From positions 73,594,001 to 73,658,000 of the forward strand of contig NC_043006.1 of the NCBI RefSeq assembly GCF_006345805.1: a stretch of 64,000 nt of DNA. The letters are read 5' to 3'. Positions 43,143-56,304 of this stretch are shown here, piece after piece. Numbering within the stretch: position 1 is the stretch's first letter; every line of letters starts with the position of its first letter. This DNA is from Octopus sinensis (lineage: Eukaryota). The translations under genes were made by a program, and so were the position numbers. The notes under the pieces were generated by a model. The model was not told where the DNA came from. It saw nothing but the letters and a program-made list of their open reading frames with translations, and did not search any database.

Positions 43143-43222
43143 TTCTACACGTGTTTCGAAAGTCACAAATCACCAAAATCCGATTGAATAATGGGACCAT
43201 ATTGTGTCTTTCTCTTCAGGAA
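43143..43222 (-). ncRNA. Type I hammerhead ribozyme, intact core
   Basis: TTC-CTGAAGA-GAAAG(A)CACAA...TTGTG(A)CTTTC-GAAAC-ACGT-GTA-GAA. Confidence 0.82.
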
Positions 43223-43802
43223 GAAAAAAGGAAATCCGTTGGAAAACAAAAACAGAACAGAGGCGGAGCAAAAAAACAAATCGAACTATGCTCCTAAGAG
43301 CCCATGGCGAAACTGATTATCAGTGTATGTTGAGACCGGTGGCTGAAGAATTCAACGGGTCAGGCATCGGTCAATCATGTGGGTGAGGGTGTATAGATGT
43401 TCTTTGTGACCGAGAATAAAGTTCTGACTATTAAGGAATATTGGATGTTTATAAGGGGCGAGAAAAAATCTAATTAGAGACGTGTGTGTGTGTATACTGT
43501 TCTATATATGTGTGTGTTGGCGTAGGGGTAGAAACATTTTTTGTGTACGCGTGTGCGTTTGATCGTTCGGCTGTCAGTGGCTACTGCCGTGATAACCGTT
43601 GGGTGGCAGAAGAAAAAAAATATATATATATATTATGTTTATGTGTGTGTGTGTTCATCTAAGCCTGCTTGTCAAGGAAAACCCCCGCTGTGAAAAAACC
43701 AGCCCCGTTTGTCTTACAGGAGTAATTCCCCTTGCAGTGGTTAATCGTAGATATCTTAAAGGCTATTTCAGAATTTGTTACCAAGGGCTATGGGTGCCGG
43801 TA

Positions 43803-46030
43803 TTATTTATAAACGCTATTTAAAAGCCAGATAAGTGTAACGCCGCCAATGGGGCATCGAAAAGCCGACTGTAAGAGCCCGTTTACCATCCGGCCTCTGG
43901 CAAACAAATATGGAAGAGTTCGAGACAAGACACAAAGGTTGCACTGTCTTCTGCCCCTATCAAATGGGAGGGCCACCGACAAAATTGACCATTCCAGCCT
44001 ATAGCTTAAGTTCGTATCCTTCAGTCGCCATATTAGCTTACTGAGTCCGTGGTCTGGCGCTTGTTCACGTCCCGAAAAGTTGCGTAATGGTTGGAGACAC
44101 GCAAAGACAATCTTGAGGATGATGCCCCTACATAAGTGAAGACATCTGAGTCCGTGTAAACCTTGCATTGGTAGACGGCGTTTTTTGATCTTGGAGTTCG
44201 CCGACGTGAATCTTAATCTGCTAGGATTAGTTTCTGAAATTAGAACTGCGTTCCTGTCACTATATTCGTTCCGAGACCTGCAGCCGCTTACTACTCTATT
44301 TTTCCACTACGTCACTATTAACTATAGGAATAACCCCTGATTCTCCACTATCTATCAGAGTGCTGTCTTGCTACTGCCCCTGTGCCGTGCTGCTATTGCG
44401 GGAAATGATGCTGGGGATGCTATTGGGGCTCTCTACCCTACTCCCATTGTTACCGTCAACCACAACACCCCTATTTATAACTATACCCCTAGTGGGTACT
44501 CCCTGGCTGGAGCTGAGATTATGTGTCACTGTACTGGCTCTCATATCATTATTACTACTATAATTATTCCTACTGAGCATTAGACCGGGAGCGGAAGAGG
44601 CTGTGCCTCCGGAAAAAGGTGATAGGGTCTTAGTAAGTAGCCTATTATTATGGGAGGCGATTATCTGGGCGAGGTTTTTAGTGTTGGAGAAAGCTATCCT
44701 AACTTTATGTGAGTTAACCGTGGAGTAATATTTGGAATTTCTGGGGAAGTTATTGGCGATGGCTTGTCTAAACATGAGGGGGAGGTTAGTTCTAATCTGC
44801 TTACCAAAGGGGATTACAAAACATATATGCTTATTCCATCAGTGTGATGGGTCGGGACGCCAGCTCTCGCATTCGGGTGGGTGATTCTCGGATGAATAAC
44901 GGTCTTGGGTTAGTGTAAGACCTCCCGGACCGATAATTATCCTTGTTCGCTAAATTAATGCGGGAGCGACTACCCCGGCATTCCGCCGCGCTCCCGTCCT
45001 TACTTAAAATGTTAATGTTATTATATACGGCCCTATCCTGATGACCGAATGATGGCATCGGAAGGGCGGATCAATATAAATTACCTTCTGCCTATAACCG
45101 GCCTTGGATAGTGCGGCGTTATAAAATTCCGCTTTCTGCATAAAAATATCGGCACTGGCGGACAAGCCAGACAATCTTAGAGAGATGTTTTTAACCAAAT
45201 TGTCTGTTACGGTTTTGGCATGATTTGAGAAGACACTGACATACTTCAAATTAGTGGAAGGCTTATGGTAAGGGCAGTATGAGTCGCTATTAAGGTTAAG
45301 TGTAACGTCTAGGAAATTAGCCTTGGTGAGTTCATTATCAAAAACTATACTCATGCCCATTCTATTAAAAAACCTAGCTAACCTGCTCTTAGTTTTCTGC
45401 ACTATTCTGTTCGTGGTGTTTTGCAGGTAAAACAGACAATCGTCACGATACAGGCCGCCCGCGATCTCCGGGAATTGGTCGGACAATTCGTAGAGAATAT
45501 ATATTCCGACCAAATCGGCTATCTGCGCACTATCCGAACTACCCATAGGCACATCAAATTCATTGGGAGTATCTTTACGGATCCACAACTTATTATCAAA
45601 CTTAATAAACGATTTCCTGGCAACTAAAATGATATCTATCTCTTTCTCTGGTGAGGCCAGCCTTGTTGTGAGCATGCCAGAGGGCCTTATTTAGCACACT
45701 AGGGTTAATCGAGGGGTAGAAGCTGGCGATATCAAACTGAATGAACCTAGTACGGTTCTTATTGGGGATGGAAGAGAACCACTTCACTACCTGCGAGGAG
45801 TTGGCCCAGAGGCTGAGCTTCAGCTTGTTTACTAAACTAGGGATATATTTATCTAAAATGTACTTACTGATTATCCGATATCAGATCTAGCAGGGCATAT
45901 GAGTCTTAGCGCTGGGTTGGTGTGGAAGTTAGGTTTATGGTCCTTCACTATAAATCTGGGTTGCTTGGGGCTAAGCGGCTGAGTTCTCATTTGAATTCGG
46001 TGTTTAAATATTATTTCCTTAATTTCCAAG
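43803..46030 (-). pseudogene. PLE RT plus C-terminal GIY-YIG endonuclease, frameshifted
   Basis: KDHKPNF..NP..RLICPARSDIG, FDIASFYPSI, FDVPMGS.D.A.IADLVG, GLYRDD, FLDVTLNL, AVYQCKV...YVG, LSKLIWRLKD...WSIL...CNLC; several frameshifts. Confidence 0.9.
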
Positions 46031-46060
46031 TTTTGTTTTTCCAACGGATTTCCTTTTTTC

Positions 46061-46139
46061 TTCCTGAGAGAAAGACACAATATGGTCCCATTATTCAATC
46101 GGATTTTGGTAATTTGTGCCTTTCGAAACACGTGTAGAA
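46061..46139 (+). ncRNA. Hammerhead copy in inverted pLTR with 1-nt core deletion
   Basis: CTGA-GA (6 nt) instead of CTGAAGA; remainder matches 43143-43222. Confidence 0.65.
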
Positions 46140-46201
46140 TGAAATAAAACGATTTCTGTTCAATCTGCGTTCAACTCCATTTCTTCAATTCACCAATAAT
46201 G

Positions 46202-46241
<40 letters not shown>

Positions 46242-46329
46242 TTACACATATATATATATGTATGTATATATTTATATCATATTATATTGTATTATATATA
46301 TATATTAGTTAATCAATTTAATCAATCAA

Positions 46330-46728
46330 TCAATGTTGTTATCGTGCAATGCCTGTGCAAGAAGATAACAGTAAAGCTGGACTCAAGAGTCATCTTCGTA
46401 GTCATAAAGCGAGACAGATGAGTGGCAACCTGGCCACTGGTGGTGGTGTAACATATCATACTAATCATATCTATCGGGCATGTGGAAGAGAGTGTAATTC
46501 GGCAGGGGGACTTAAACGACATTCAAAGGTACATGAAGCCCAGTTACATCTACAGCCGGCTATTACCGGTAAAGATTTTAGTTGCCAATTCTGTACAAGA
46601 CATTGTAGATCTTTAGCTGGGCTAAAAAGTCACATTCGATCACAGCACTAGTAACAGTTAAGCTTCTTGCAATGGCCATGCTCGATAACGAGGGGGCAGC
46701 CATAATAATAATAATAATAATAATAATG

Positions 46729-46785
<57 letters not shown>
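46330..46785 (+). mobile_element. 3' end of RTE-like LINE with three C2H2-type zinc fingers and (TAA)n tail
   Basis: KAGLKSHLRSH, CGRECNSAGGLKRHSKVH, CQFCTRHCRSLAGLKSHIRSQH; short 3'UTR ending GGGCAGCC(ATA)n. Confidence 0.7.
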
Positions 46786-46786
<1 letters not shown>

Positions 46787-46798
46787 ATAAATATATAT

Positions 46799-46833
<35 letters not shown>

Positions 46834-46847
46834 TATATATATATAAG

Positions 46848-47132
46848 GTGATAAAATCAAAATAAGCAACAAGGATATCCAGAGGTAATGCAGTACGATC
46901 GTTTCAAGGAACTCATTTAATTGAACAATGAAATCATTGGAGATTTTAGGTAAATTATACTAATGTTTCCATCTGTTTTAACTTAATTAAATTCTATGTC
47001 TTTATGCAGCAAAGGATTGCTCTGCATTTAAATTTATGCAATGATTGCATTGTTCAATTAAATGGAGTTGCTCGAAACGATCGTACTGCATTACCCCTAG
47101 ATATCCTTGTAACTTATTCTGATTTTAATCAC
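46848..47132. repeat. Fold-back with ~90-bp arms, each with an HHR 3' half
   Basis: GAAAC-GATC-GTA-CTGCATTACC at 47074 (+) and its mirror at 46894-46905; no intact CTGANGA found. Confidence 0.7.
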
Positions 47133-47211
47133 TTTACTTTGAAATTGTATGGATAATACCGTACTATATATGTATATATTCATATATACTTATATATATA
47201 TTATATATATA

Positions 47212-47600
47212 TAGCTTGCTTACCAACCACACGAACCCGGGTTCAGTTCCACTACATGGCATCATGGGCAAGTGTCTTCTACTATAGCCTCGGGCCGACC
47301 AAAGCCTTGTAAGTGGATTTGGTAGACGAAAACTGAAAGAAGCCTGTCATATATATATACTTATGTATGTATGTCTGTGTATATGTTTGTGCGTCTGTGT
47401 TTGTCCACCCCCAACATCGCTTGAGAACTGATGCTGATGCGTTTACGCCCCCGTAACTTAGCGATTCTGCAAAAGATAAGGATATAATAAGTACTAAGGC
47501 TTACAAAGAATAAGTCTTGGGGTTGATTCGCTCGATCAAATGCGGTGCTCCAGCATCGCCGCTGTCGAAGTGACTGAAACAAGTAAATGTAAAATAAAAA
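47212..47600 (+). mobile_element. SINE family C, 5'-truncated
   Basis: Block-by-block match to 33082-33484. Confidence 0.85.
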
Positions 47601-47603
47601 CAT

Positions 47604-47669
<66 letters not shown>

Positions 47670-47670
<1 letters not shown>

Positions 47671-47943
47671 TAGATAAATGAATTATCTTATTACGGATAA
47701 TTCAAATGATAACCGATACCTGGGTAGCAAAAATCACAACAGAAAGACCACGATTGAAGTTACGACCATGGGGCATAAAATCCGTGCTTAGTGCGGAAAT
47801 TTGAAGTTTTATATATTAAGTATAGGAAAGAATGCAGCTGAACGAAGATTTAACAAAATTCCTTTATTCGAAACATATGTCGAAAATAAAATAAAGGAAT
47901 TTTGTTAAATCTTCGTTCAGCTCCATTCTTTCCTATACTTAAT
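47670..47943. mobile_element. Minimal pLTR remnant: segment X plus a 128-bp tail palindrome centred on an HHR 3' half
   Basis: Arms 47816-47868/47890-47942; centre CGAAAC-ATAT-GTC-GAAA identical to 36513-36529. Confidence 0.85.
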
Positions 47944-47944
47944 A

Positions 47945-48012
<68 letters not shown>

Positions 48013-48014
48013 GT

Positions 48015-48182
48015 CACAAGAAATTTGAAGAGCTAACTGCGAAACCGGTATTTCTTTAAAAATTATAAAATTATGTCATTTTAAGGAAAGGAAAAAAAAA
48101 TTTCCAATATTCTCCAACATTTTGACGCACAATATATATATTTTGTAAATCATTAAGCCTTCTGTCGTTTTTTCACTCCTTC

Positions 48183-48190
<8 letters not shown>
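48015..48190 (+). mobile_element. Solo pLTR 3' end of the family at 18190-18355
   Basis: AGAAAT-TTGAAGA-GC-TAACT-GC-GAAAC-CG-GTA-TTTCT, then shared TATGTCATT and AAGCCTTCTGT..TTTTCACT blocks. Confidence 0.7.
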
Positions 48191-48230
<40 letters not shown>

Positions 48231-48479
48231 TATATTATATATATGTGTGTGTGTGTGTGGGGTGTATATTATAAGAAATGGTGAGGATAAGATCCAATGA
48301 ATGTTTACGGGCTATTTGTTGATTCATTTTCTTATTTCCCTTATAAATTCTGGATAAATTTCTGTTTTACCCACACTCATACCTGTTATTCAATTGCTAT
48401 ATTGCCCTGCAGTAGTAAGCACTTGGATATAAATACGTAGGTATACATCCAGTAATATTTGGGTATTTATCATCCCTTA

Positions 48480-48608
48480 GATGGTTGCGTAACCTCTAAC
48501 TCATATAAGCTTATGTATATATATAACTTATTAATTAATAAGCCCATTGCTCAGAAATTCACTACTATCCAGAGCAGACTGTCAATTTATCCGAGTTCTT
48601 CCTTACGT

Positions 48609-48648
<40 letters not shown>

Positions 48649-49050
48649 TATATATATGTATATATAGGGATGGTATTATTAAAATACAATTGGCAAGCGA
48701 ATTATCAGCCGTATAGGCAAATTAATAAAAATATACATACAGTATTAGATATGTACATATATACACAAGTGTACTACATGAGTAAGACATTATTATTGTT
48801 CACTGATATTTTTTCCTATCTTGTCTGTAATAGATTTGTGACTATTCGGTGGTACAGAAGTATTTTTTGACTTCTATCATTAGCGATATAGGTACTCATG
48901 TAGTACCCTTGTGTATATTATATATATATTTGTATGCATCGAACGCAAGGGAGAACTTGGATAAATTGACAGTCTAAGTTGGACAACAGTTAATTCCTGT
49001 GCAATTTGCTTATTAATTATTGAATGATCAATGTGTAACGCATATTGTAT
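48480..49050. repeat. Imperfect MITE-like fold-back
   Basis: 48530-48612 pairs with ~48937-49020; TATACACAAG.GTACTACATGAGTA pairs with its inverse near 48895-48915. Confidence 0.6.
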
Positions 49051-49552
49051 TATCAGAAAATTCAATTTGATAGCTATAATTTAAGTATTTCTGCAATATT
49101 TAAACAATGCAAATAAACGTATTTTATCCCTCCGTGGACATAAGGAAATTGCGAATTCACGATTAGTTTTATCTCTATTACAGGATTCATTAAAAGACAG
49201 TAACGTTTTTTAAACTAGGATGCTCCACATGGCAGAGTTAATTCTAATTCATCTAGAACCGGGTTCCTATTCTACTGAGTAGTTCTCTTTTCGCCTATTG
49301 TAGAAAGAGTTAAGCTCAAAATTTAGCAGAAACAGTACCATCTGTTGAATATTACACTATATTATGGAACTTACGTTTTCTTATTTTAATTATTATCGGT
49401 GTCAACTTTCGTTTATTCATTTATCAACTGTCGATAAAAACAAGTAACAGTAATAAACGTAAGTTCAATTGAGTATATTTCTCGTCTCTCTGAATTTGTG
49501 CCCCTCCGAGAGGTTAATGAAGTGAATGCAATGAAGTTCAAACCGAAAGTGC

Positions 49553-49967
49553 GGATCTTTTCGGTTTGACCGGCAGTTTTTAAAAAATAATTTCCACGTA
49601 ACTAAACACTTTTAAACTTCATATACTGGTAGAATGTGTTTATAAAACATCTTTTTCTCTTGGCTTTATTGAAAAAAATTCTATAGTTTGTAAGATATTT
49701 GTTGTTTTTTCTTCAATTTCTGCAATTTCAACCAATCAATGACGTCTATTGAGGTGAAAACATTCTGTGGCGTATGAATATGTTCCTCGTTTAAGGAAAA
49801 GATTGGGTTTATTTACATTTCTGAAGAAAGAAACATACCCTTCCCCCTACCCCTAACCCTAACCCTAAAACAGATTGAAATGCAATAGATCGATACTAGG
49901 GTCATAATTATGGGTGACAATTTCATATGACACCGCTAGAAAAAACTGCCGTTCAAACCGAAAGTGC
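49553..49967. mobile_element. TIR-bounded MITE-like element with CCCTAA repeats
   Basis: TIR CTTTTCGGTTTGACCGGCAGTTTTT / AAAAACTGCCGTTCAAACCGAAAG; CCCTACCCCTAACCCTAACCCTAA at ~49845-49868. Confidence 0.75.
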
Positions 49968-50218
49968 TGCTATGTAATAGGTAAAGTATCTGAGAACCAA
50001 GTACAAGCTCAGTTTACATTTCCGTCTGAAGTAATTTATTTTCTGTCCATTTCTCTATAATAACCATGAATGTCACGGAGTTTTTTTCCCTCACACCTGC
50101 TGCCTAAATAAGAATTCATCACCAAAGAAGCTTCAGCTTTGTTGACTCTAACTCTCTTTAAAAGAAAACTACTTCAACCTAAGATTGTGTGTGTACTTTA
50201 AATGTACCTACATCATAT

Positions 50219-50531
50219 ATCACCGTGATCACCGTGACCGACCAGGCTATCAGATGTTGCTACACATCGCTGGTCACATTGCGCTTCGCATTGTTTTAGC
50301 CTCCAAATGACGCCACCCCGCTGGCTAAGAGAGCAGGCCAACAGAAGAAAGAATGAGAGAAAGTTGTAGCGAAAGAGTACAGCAGGGATCGCCACCACCC
50401 CCTGCCGGAGCTTCGTGGAGCTTTAGGTGTTTTCGCTCAATAAACACTCACAACGCCCGGTCTGGGAATCGAAACCGCGATCCTACGACCGCGAATCCGC
50501 TGCCCTAACCACTGGGCCATTGCGCCTCCAC
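50219..50531 (-). mobile_element. SINE family A, full copy (tail type 2)
   Basis: Head identical in type to 4496; different 3' half ending (GTGATCACG)n. Confidence 0.9.
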
Positions 50532-50567
50532 AATCATATATATATATATTTATAAATATATTTATAT

Positions 50568-50603
<36 letters not shown>

Positions 50604-50863
50604 CTATTATATATATATATATATATATATAGTATATATATATATATATATATAATATATATATATAATATATATATATATCTAGTTTATGACTCATCAA
50701 AAGCTTTTATCTTGTTATCCTTATTTATTTAAGAAACTTTAGATAACATATAGTGAATCAAAAATAAAAAATTGCTGATAAGCAACGCACGTAAGGGGGA
50801 AAAAAAAGTTTAAAACGAATTTTTCACATTGGTTGTTGATGACTTTCTTCAGACTACAATCAT

Positions 50864-51075
50864 TATAGTCATCCCTCGCCACATGGCAGTTCACCTATCG
50901 TGTGCTCAGTACATCGCGGATTTTTCTGGCTAATATATATGTAAATTTATATCGCGGGCTCCTCAGTATATCGCAGGCTTCTGCGGCCGGTAGGTGTTCA
51001 TATTTTTTTAGATTTTAATTATTTCCGTGGAAGGTTTTGGTACGTAACACCAACGATAGTCGAGGGATTACTGTA
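50864..51075. mobile_element. pogo/Tigger-type MITE
   Basis: TA-(T)AGTCATCCCTCG ... CGAGGGATTACTG-TA terminal inverted repeats with TA flanks. Confidence 0.7.
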
Positions 51076-51334
51076 TATTGTGTCAACAAAGACAGCGTCT
51101 TTTAATTTCAAATTCAAAACGACAATCTGAAATCTGGAAAGCTATAACTCGGTACCATTGTTTGACGAATTAATATTATTTCTGGTCAAACTAAATGAGA
51201 ATATTTTCTGTATCATCGCACTATTTTGCTGTTGAAATGAAATTTTGATGACCAAATATTATAACTAATTGTTATAACACTGAACAAAATTTTGCTGCTG
51301 AACACTTTAGTTGTTATGATTAAAAGTTTGTAAA

Positions 51335-51822
51335 TATTCTTTTCTACTCTAAGCACAAGGTCCGAAATTTTCGGAGAGGGGGCCAGTCGATTAGATCGAC
51401 CCCAGTACGCAAGGCGAAACCTGAACTCAGAACGTAAAGACAGACGAAATACCTATTTCTTTACTACCCACAAGGGGCTAAACACAGAGAGGACAAACAA
51501 GGACAGACAAACGCATTACTGGTACTTATTTAATCGACCCCGAAAGGATGAAAGGCAAAGTCGACCTCGGCGGAATTTGGACTCAGAACGTAACGGCAGA
51601 CGAAATACCTATTTCTTTACTACTCACAAAGGGCTACACACAGAGGGGACAAACAAGGAGAGACAAACGGATTAAGTCGATTATATCGACGCCAGTGCGT
51701 AACTGGTACTTATTTAATCGACCTTGAAAGGATGAAAGGCAAAGTTGACCTCGGCGGAATTTGAACTCAGAATGTAGGGCTAAGCATTTCACCTGGCGTG
51801 CTAATGATTCTGCCAGCTCACT
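51335..51822 (-). mobile_element. SINE-B multimer (three partial units)
   Basis: Tail-to-internal junction AAAGAAATA|GGTATTTCGTC occurs twice (~51450, ~51610). Confidence 0.8.
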
Positions 51823-51895
51823 ACTTTAAGTTTGTGAATATTCAACTAGAAAAAAAAGTAACATTTTGATGGTGTCAATAGCTCCCGGGTCAAAA

Positions 51896-52126
51896 GGCAG
51901 CGAGCTGGCAGAATCGTTAGCACGCCGGGCGAAATGCGTTGCCGTATTTCGTCTGCCGTTACGTTCTGAGTTCAAATTCCGCCGAAGTCGACTTTGCCTT
52001 TCATTCTTTCGGGGTCGATAAATTAAGTACCAGTTACGCACTGGGGTCGATGTACTCGACTTAATCCGTTTGTCTGTCCTTGTTTGTCCCCTCTATGTTT
52101 AGCCCCTTGTGGGTAATAAAGAAACA
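51896..52126 (+). mobile_element. SINE family B, full copy with ~19-bp TSD
   Basis: AATAGCTCCC(G/A)GGTCAAAA on both sides. Confidence 0.9.
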
Positions 52127-52929
52127 AATAGCTCCCAGGTCAAAACATCTGGCGCGAAATAAGCGTTGAGCCAACGATATCGAATAGGCGGTGCAAAAAC
52201 CTCTCATATTCAGCTCATGCCTACACTATGTTATCCAGATTAAGCCCCTCACAATCTATATTCGTAGAATGGAGAGTGAGATGGGAAATAAGTGGATTAA
52301 AGATTGTATTTACTTATTAATATTGTAACACAGTCAGGGCGGCCAGCTGGCAGAATCGTTAACACCCCAGAAAAATGCTTAGTGGCATTTCGTCCGTCTT
52401 TATGTTCTGAGTTCAAATTCGGCCGAGGTCAACATTGTTTTTCATCCGTTAGCGATCGATGATATAAGTACCAGCTGATCACTGGGGTCGATGTAATCGA
52501 TTTACCCCCTCCCTCGAGTTTGCTGATCTCGTGCCAAAATGTGAAACCAATATCCTAACACAATTGCTCATAATCTAGATATCTGCTTCTCCTTGGGAGT
52601 GATGTAGTCACTGGTGAGAATCGATCTGTTACAAGAGGAGGAGGTCCTCTTCTAGGATTGGCGTCTAAAAATATTGGTGGTGACACCACGTTATAACACT
52701 AAACTAATCTAGAGTGGTAGCATCAAATAATAAGAATACAAATAACCCCGAGACTGGAAGTCGAAGCCGTGGAGCTTAAGCTGTGAAGGGCAGCAGAAAG
52801 GTGATGCCGGTAAGATCTATATAGATAGTCATCCTATTATTCTAAATAAGACTCTCGGTTTGGATAAAATAAACCACCAAGCAGCTATACAGGCACAAAA
52901 TGATAGTGGACTAGAAAGATGAGAGAAGC

Positions 52930-53668
52930 ATTTAAACAAGTTTATAAATGAAATACTAGCTTATGTCCGGACCAACTAAGACAGAGTAAAGGCGAAGAAT
53001 CTTGGCAAGCACGTTATATAAAGCACAATGACTACCTATCTAACCTGGAAATTGAAATAAAATAGGAAATACGGCACTTAGCAGAGGACCTCGATGAAAC
53101 TGTGTAAGTAAAGGAATTATAGACACAGAAAACGAGTTATACAATCACAGTGAAGAAGAGCAGTGAGTTGGGTAAAGAGGCAATAAAACCGAAGATGTAG
53201 CAGGACAGTCGGAGTGAAGAAGACGGAATTATTGGACAAGATATCGGACCAACTTAAATAAAATATTAATTAGAAGTCTTCCAGACTTAGAGGATATGAT
53301 AGAATGATGGTAAAAAACAAAATCTACTGACACTGTCATGGGATATGTTTCATTTATTTCTCTCCTATCGGTAAATAACCTCTATAAAGCTGTAGCAAGA
53401 GTGGTAGCGAAAGAGATGGCTTACAAGATAGATAAACCAAAAACGAACTGACGAATATTCTGATGGAAAAGATGGATATACGATAGCATCAAAATCTTGA
53501 TACGGAAGTAAGTTATCTACAGTTTCTTAAAGAAAGTGCACTGGAAAGAGAAAAGTTATTAAAGCACTGGAAAAAAATACTATGTGAAAAACGAAGAGAG
53601 GAATAAATGTAATATGAGAACTGAAACGAAGACTGACAGTAAAGACAGTCAAGATGAACAGAGAGAGT

Positions 53669-53735
<67 letters not shown>

Positions 53736-54340
53736 TTGACAGTAAAGACAAGATAAAACGATATGAGAATAAAATATATCAGTTTCAGCACGACAGGTTA
53801 TTTCAAAATAATCAGGAGAGATTGTTTTAAAAACTGGAGGGAATAGAAAGACACAACGATTAAGTACGATGCAAATGGAAGAGGAAAGATGCAGAAGAAA
53901 GCAGAAAAATGCAGGGGGAAGCGAAGAGATGTAGAGGGAAGCGGAGAGATGCAAAAAGATTTGAAGTGATGTATGGAACAAGAAAGATATCTATTACGAA
54001 GTAGTAAGGTGTGAATAAAGAGTAGAAAACGAATTAGGAAAACCAAAACATCAGATCGACATAGCAATCATCTCGAGTTCATAGTGTAACAAGCATTCAA
54101 ATAATTTAACCGATGACATCCGGTTAGGGGGACTGTTAGGTGTCTAGTGAGAGAACATTCAGACAGTCAGGAAAGCACTGACTTACTTAAATGAATGTCT
54201 CTAGAGTGAATTTATCCCAGATTGGATGAGTAAGGATAAGGTAATCCTTACAAAAGACAAACGGAAATGTGCTGAAATCTCAAACTACTTGTTTGCCACT
54301 TCAATGAAAATTGTTAACAACTTCTGCCGATAAGAGCTTG
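52930..54340 (+). pseudogene. Heavily decayed R4/Dong-like LINE, N-terminal RT region
   Basis: YQFQHDRLFQNNQERLF and IPDWMSKDKVILTKDKRK remnants; interrupted by (GA)n. Confidence 0.55.
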
Positions 54341-54689
54341 GCACACTTCGAAGGGCGGAGGTTAATTCTCACAAACGGAGAAATTCACGAAACAAAAGGT
54401 CAACTATTAATCAACGTGGCTGTAATAAATTGCAAGATATGACGAACTGGCGTAGCAATGAAGTTGACCTATTGCAAAAAGCATATGAAATGGTGCTACA
54501 TTCTTGAATAATGTCCACACTAAATATACTCCAAATTACTAATAACATCATTGAATTAAGGGGAACAAAGAAACGACAATAGCATCCGAAGAATACTCAT
54601 TTAAAAATTAGATTTTCTATGTTTATTATTGTAATATCTGACTTACTATGTTCTGTCTTATGCGTTTGAGCAGGAAAATACCTCAAAAT

Positions 54690-54995
54690 CCCACGCAAGC
54701 ATTCTTCGTGTCTGATGATTGTACCATGTACTTCCTGCTTCAAATTCCCATTTCTGACAGCTTCCAGTGTAAAACTTTCACAATGTGATCATAATTCTAT
54801 TTCTTATCTTCTCCCTGGGACAACTTAGGACATTCTGACATAATCTGTGCCACAGTTACAGCTCGAGAGCGCTGGCAAGCCAAGGACTTCTGGAGGTTAT
54901 CCGTAGTAATCTCCAAAAGTCTTCCAAGACAGATTAGCCCGCTAGTTTTCATCCAGATGCACGTTCCTGAGAACATTGTCAGTTTTCTCGTCATT
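54690..54995 (-). pseudogene. Decayed R4/Dong-like zinc-knuckle region
   Basis: TVAQIMSECPKLSQGEDKK and WEFEAGSTWYNH-type remnants. Confidence 0.55.
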
Positions 54996-54998
54996 AAT

Positions 54999-55416
54999 CT
55001 CTTTTACTCTTTTACTTGTTTCAGTCATTTAACTGCAGCCATGCTGGAGCACCGCCTTTAGTCGAGCAAATCGACCCCAGGACTTATTCTTTGTAAGCCT
55101 TGTACTTATTCTATCGGTCTATTTTGCCGAACCGTTAAGTTACGGGGACGTAAACACACCAGCATCGGTTGTCAAGCGATGTCGGGGGTGGGGGTGGGGG
55201 CAAACACAGACACATAAACATATACGCACAAATATATCTATATACATATATACGACAGGCTTCTTTCAGTTTCCGTCTATCAAATCCACTCACAAGGTTT
55301 TAGTCAGCCCGAGGCTATATTAGAAGACACTTGCCGAAGGTGCCACGCAGTGGGACTGAACCCAGAACCGTGCGGTTGGTAAGCAAGCTACTTACCACAC
55401 AGCCACTCCTGCGCCT
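54999..55416 (-). mobile_element. SINE family C, full copy
   Basis: Reverse complement of 33082-33484. Confidence 0.9.
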
Positions 55417-56304
55417 ATGAATTCCTCCTTCATAGATTGCTAAGCAACCCCTTGTAGTAAAATCCAACAGCAACAATAACAATTTCTAATCTAAGCAAAA
55501 GACCAGTAACTTTGAAGGAACAGAGTTATTCGATACCACCAGCCTCAATACAGTACTTGGCTGGTACTTTATACCATCGAATGAAAAAAAATAATAAAAG
55601 ACAATGTTTATCTCGATGGGATTTGAACTCTGATCATAACGACCACGAATGAATATCGCAAAGCATTTGCGATATTCGTTCTTACCATTCTGCTGATGGT
55701 TCCTTAAATAGCTCAGCGATTACGTAAAGTATGAAAGAGGATTAAACTGAGTATACATTCTTTGTTGGGGGTATAATAAGCTTAATCATGTATAATCTGT
55801 TATGGGTAATTGTTTAGATTAGGATACACGAACGATATTCGCGTAAAAAAAGAAAGGAAAGATCTCAGGAGACTTAAATGTAGAACAGTGAAGCGTCGAT
55901 CTAGATAAAATACAAAAAGAAACTTTCAGTTAAGCTTGACAGCGAAAACGAAAAGGGAAAATATAATGACGATTGAAATAAGGACAGCAACAGCTGAGAA
56001 AATAATATAATTATTGTTATTTTATCTTGCTGACGACTCGTACAGAGATTAAGAACAAACTTACTAGAGAACTTGCAATTGTTAAAATGAAAAGTTATTT
56101 GAATATTAATTATGTTTCTGGAGCTTCTGGTCCGCTGAGACGGCTTCCATGGGCGATTATGCTGTTTTGTTTTCTCCCTCTTTACTGTAAATACAATAGT
56201 AAAAAAACCTTGGCCTCTATTTCTTTTTTTGAACGTTTCTCTGAAATTTTCGCTGAAAAATATGTAACAGACTATTTGTTTATTAATGGCCTTAGTATCT
56301 TCAT

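Larger units (their letters stand above)
42931..46203 (-). mobile_element. 5'-truncated Penelope-like element with 3' pLTR, segment X and an inverted 5' pLTR copy
   Basis: RT plus GIY-YIG on minus strand; 173-bp inverted repeats 43079-43251/46031-46203; both ends in (TA)n. Confidence 0.9.
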
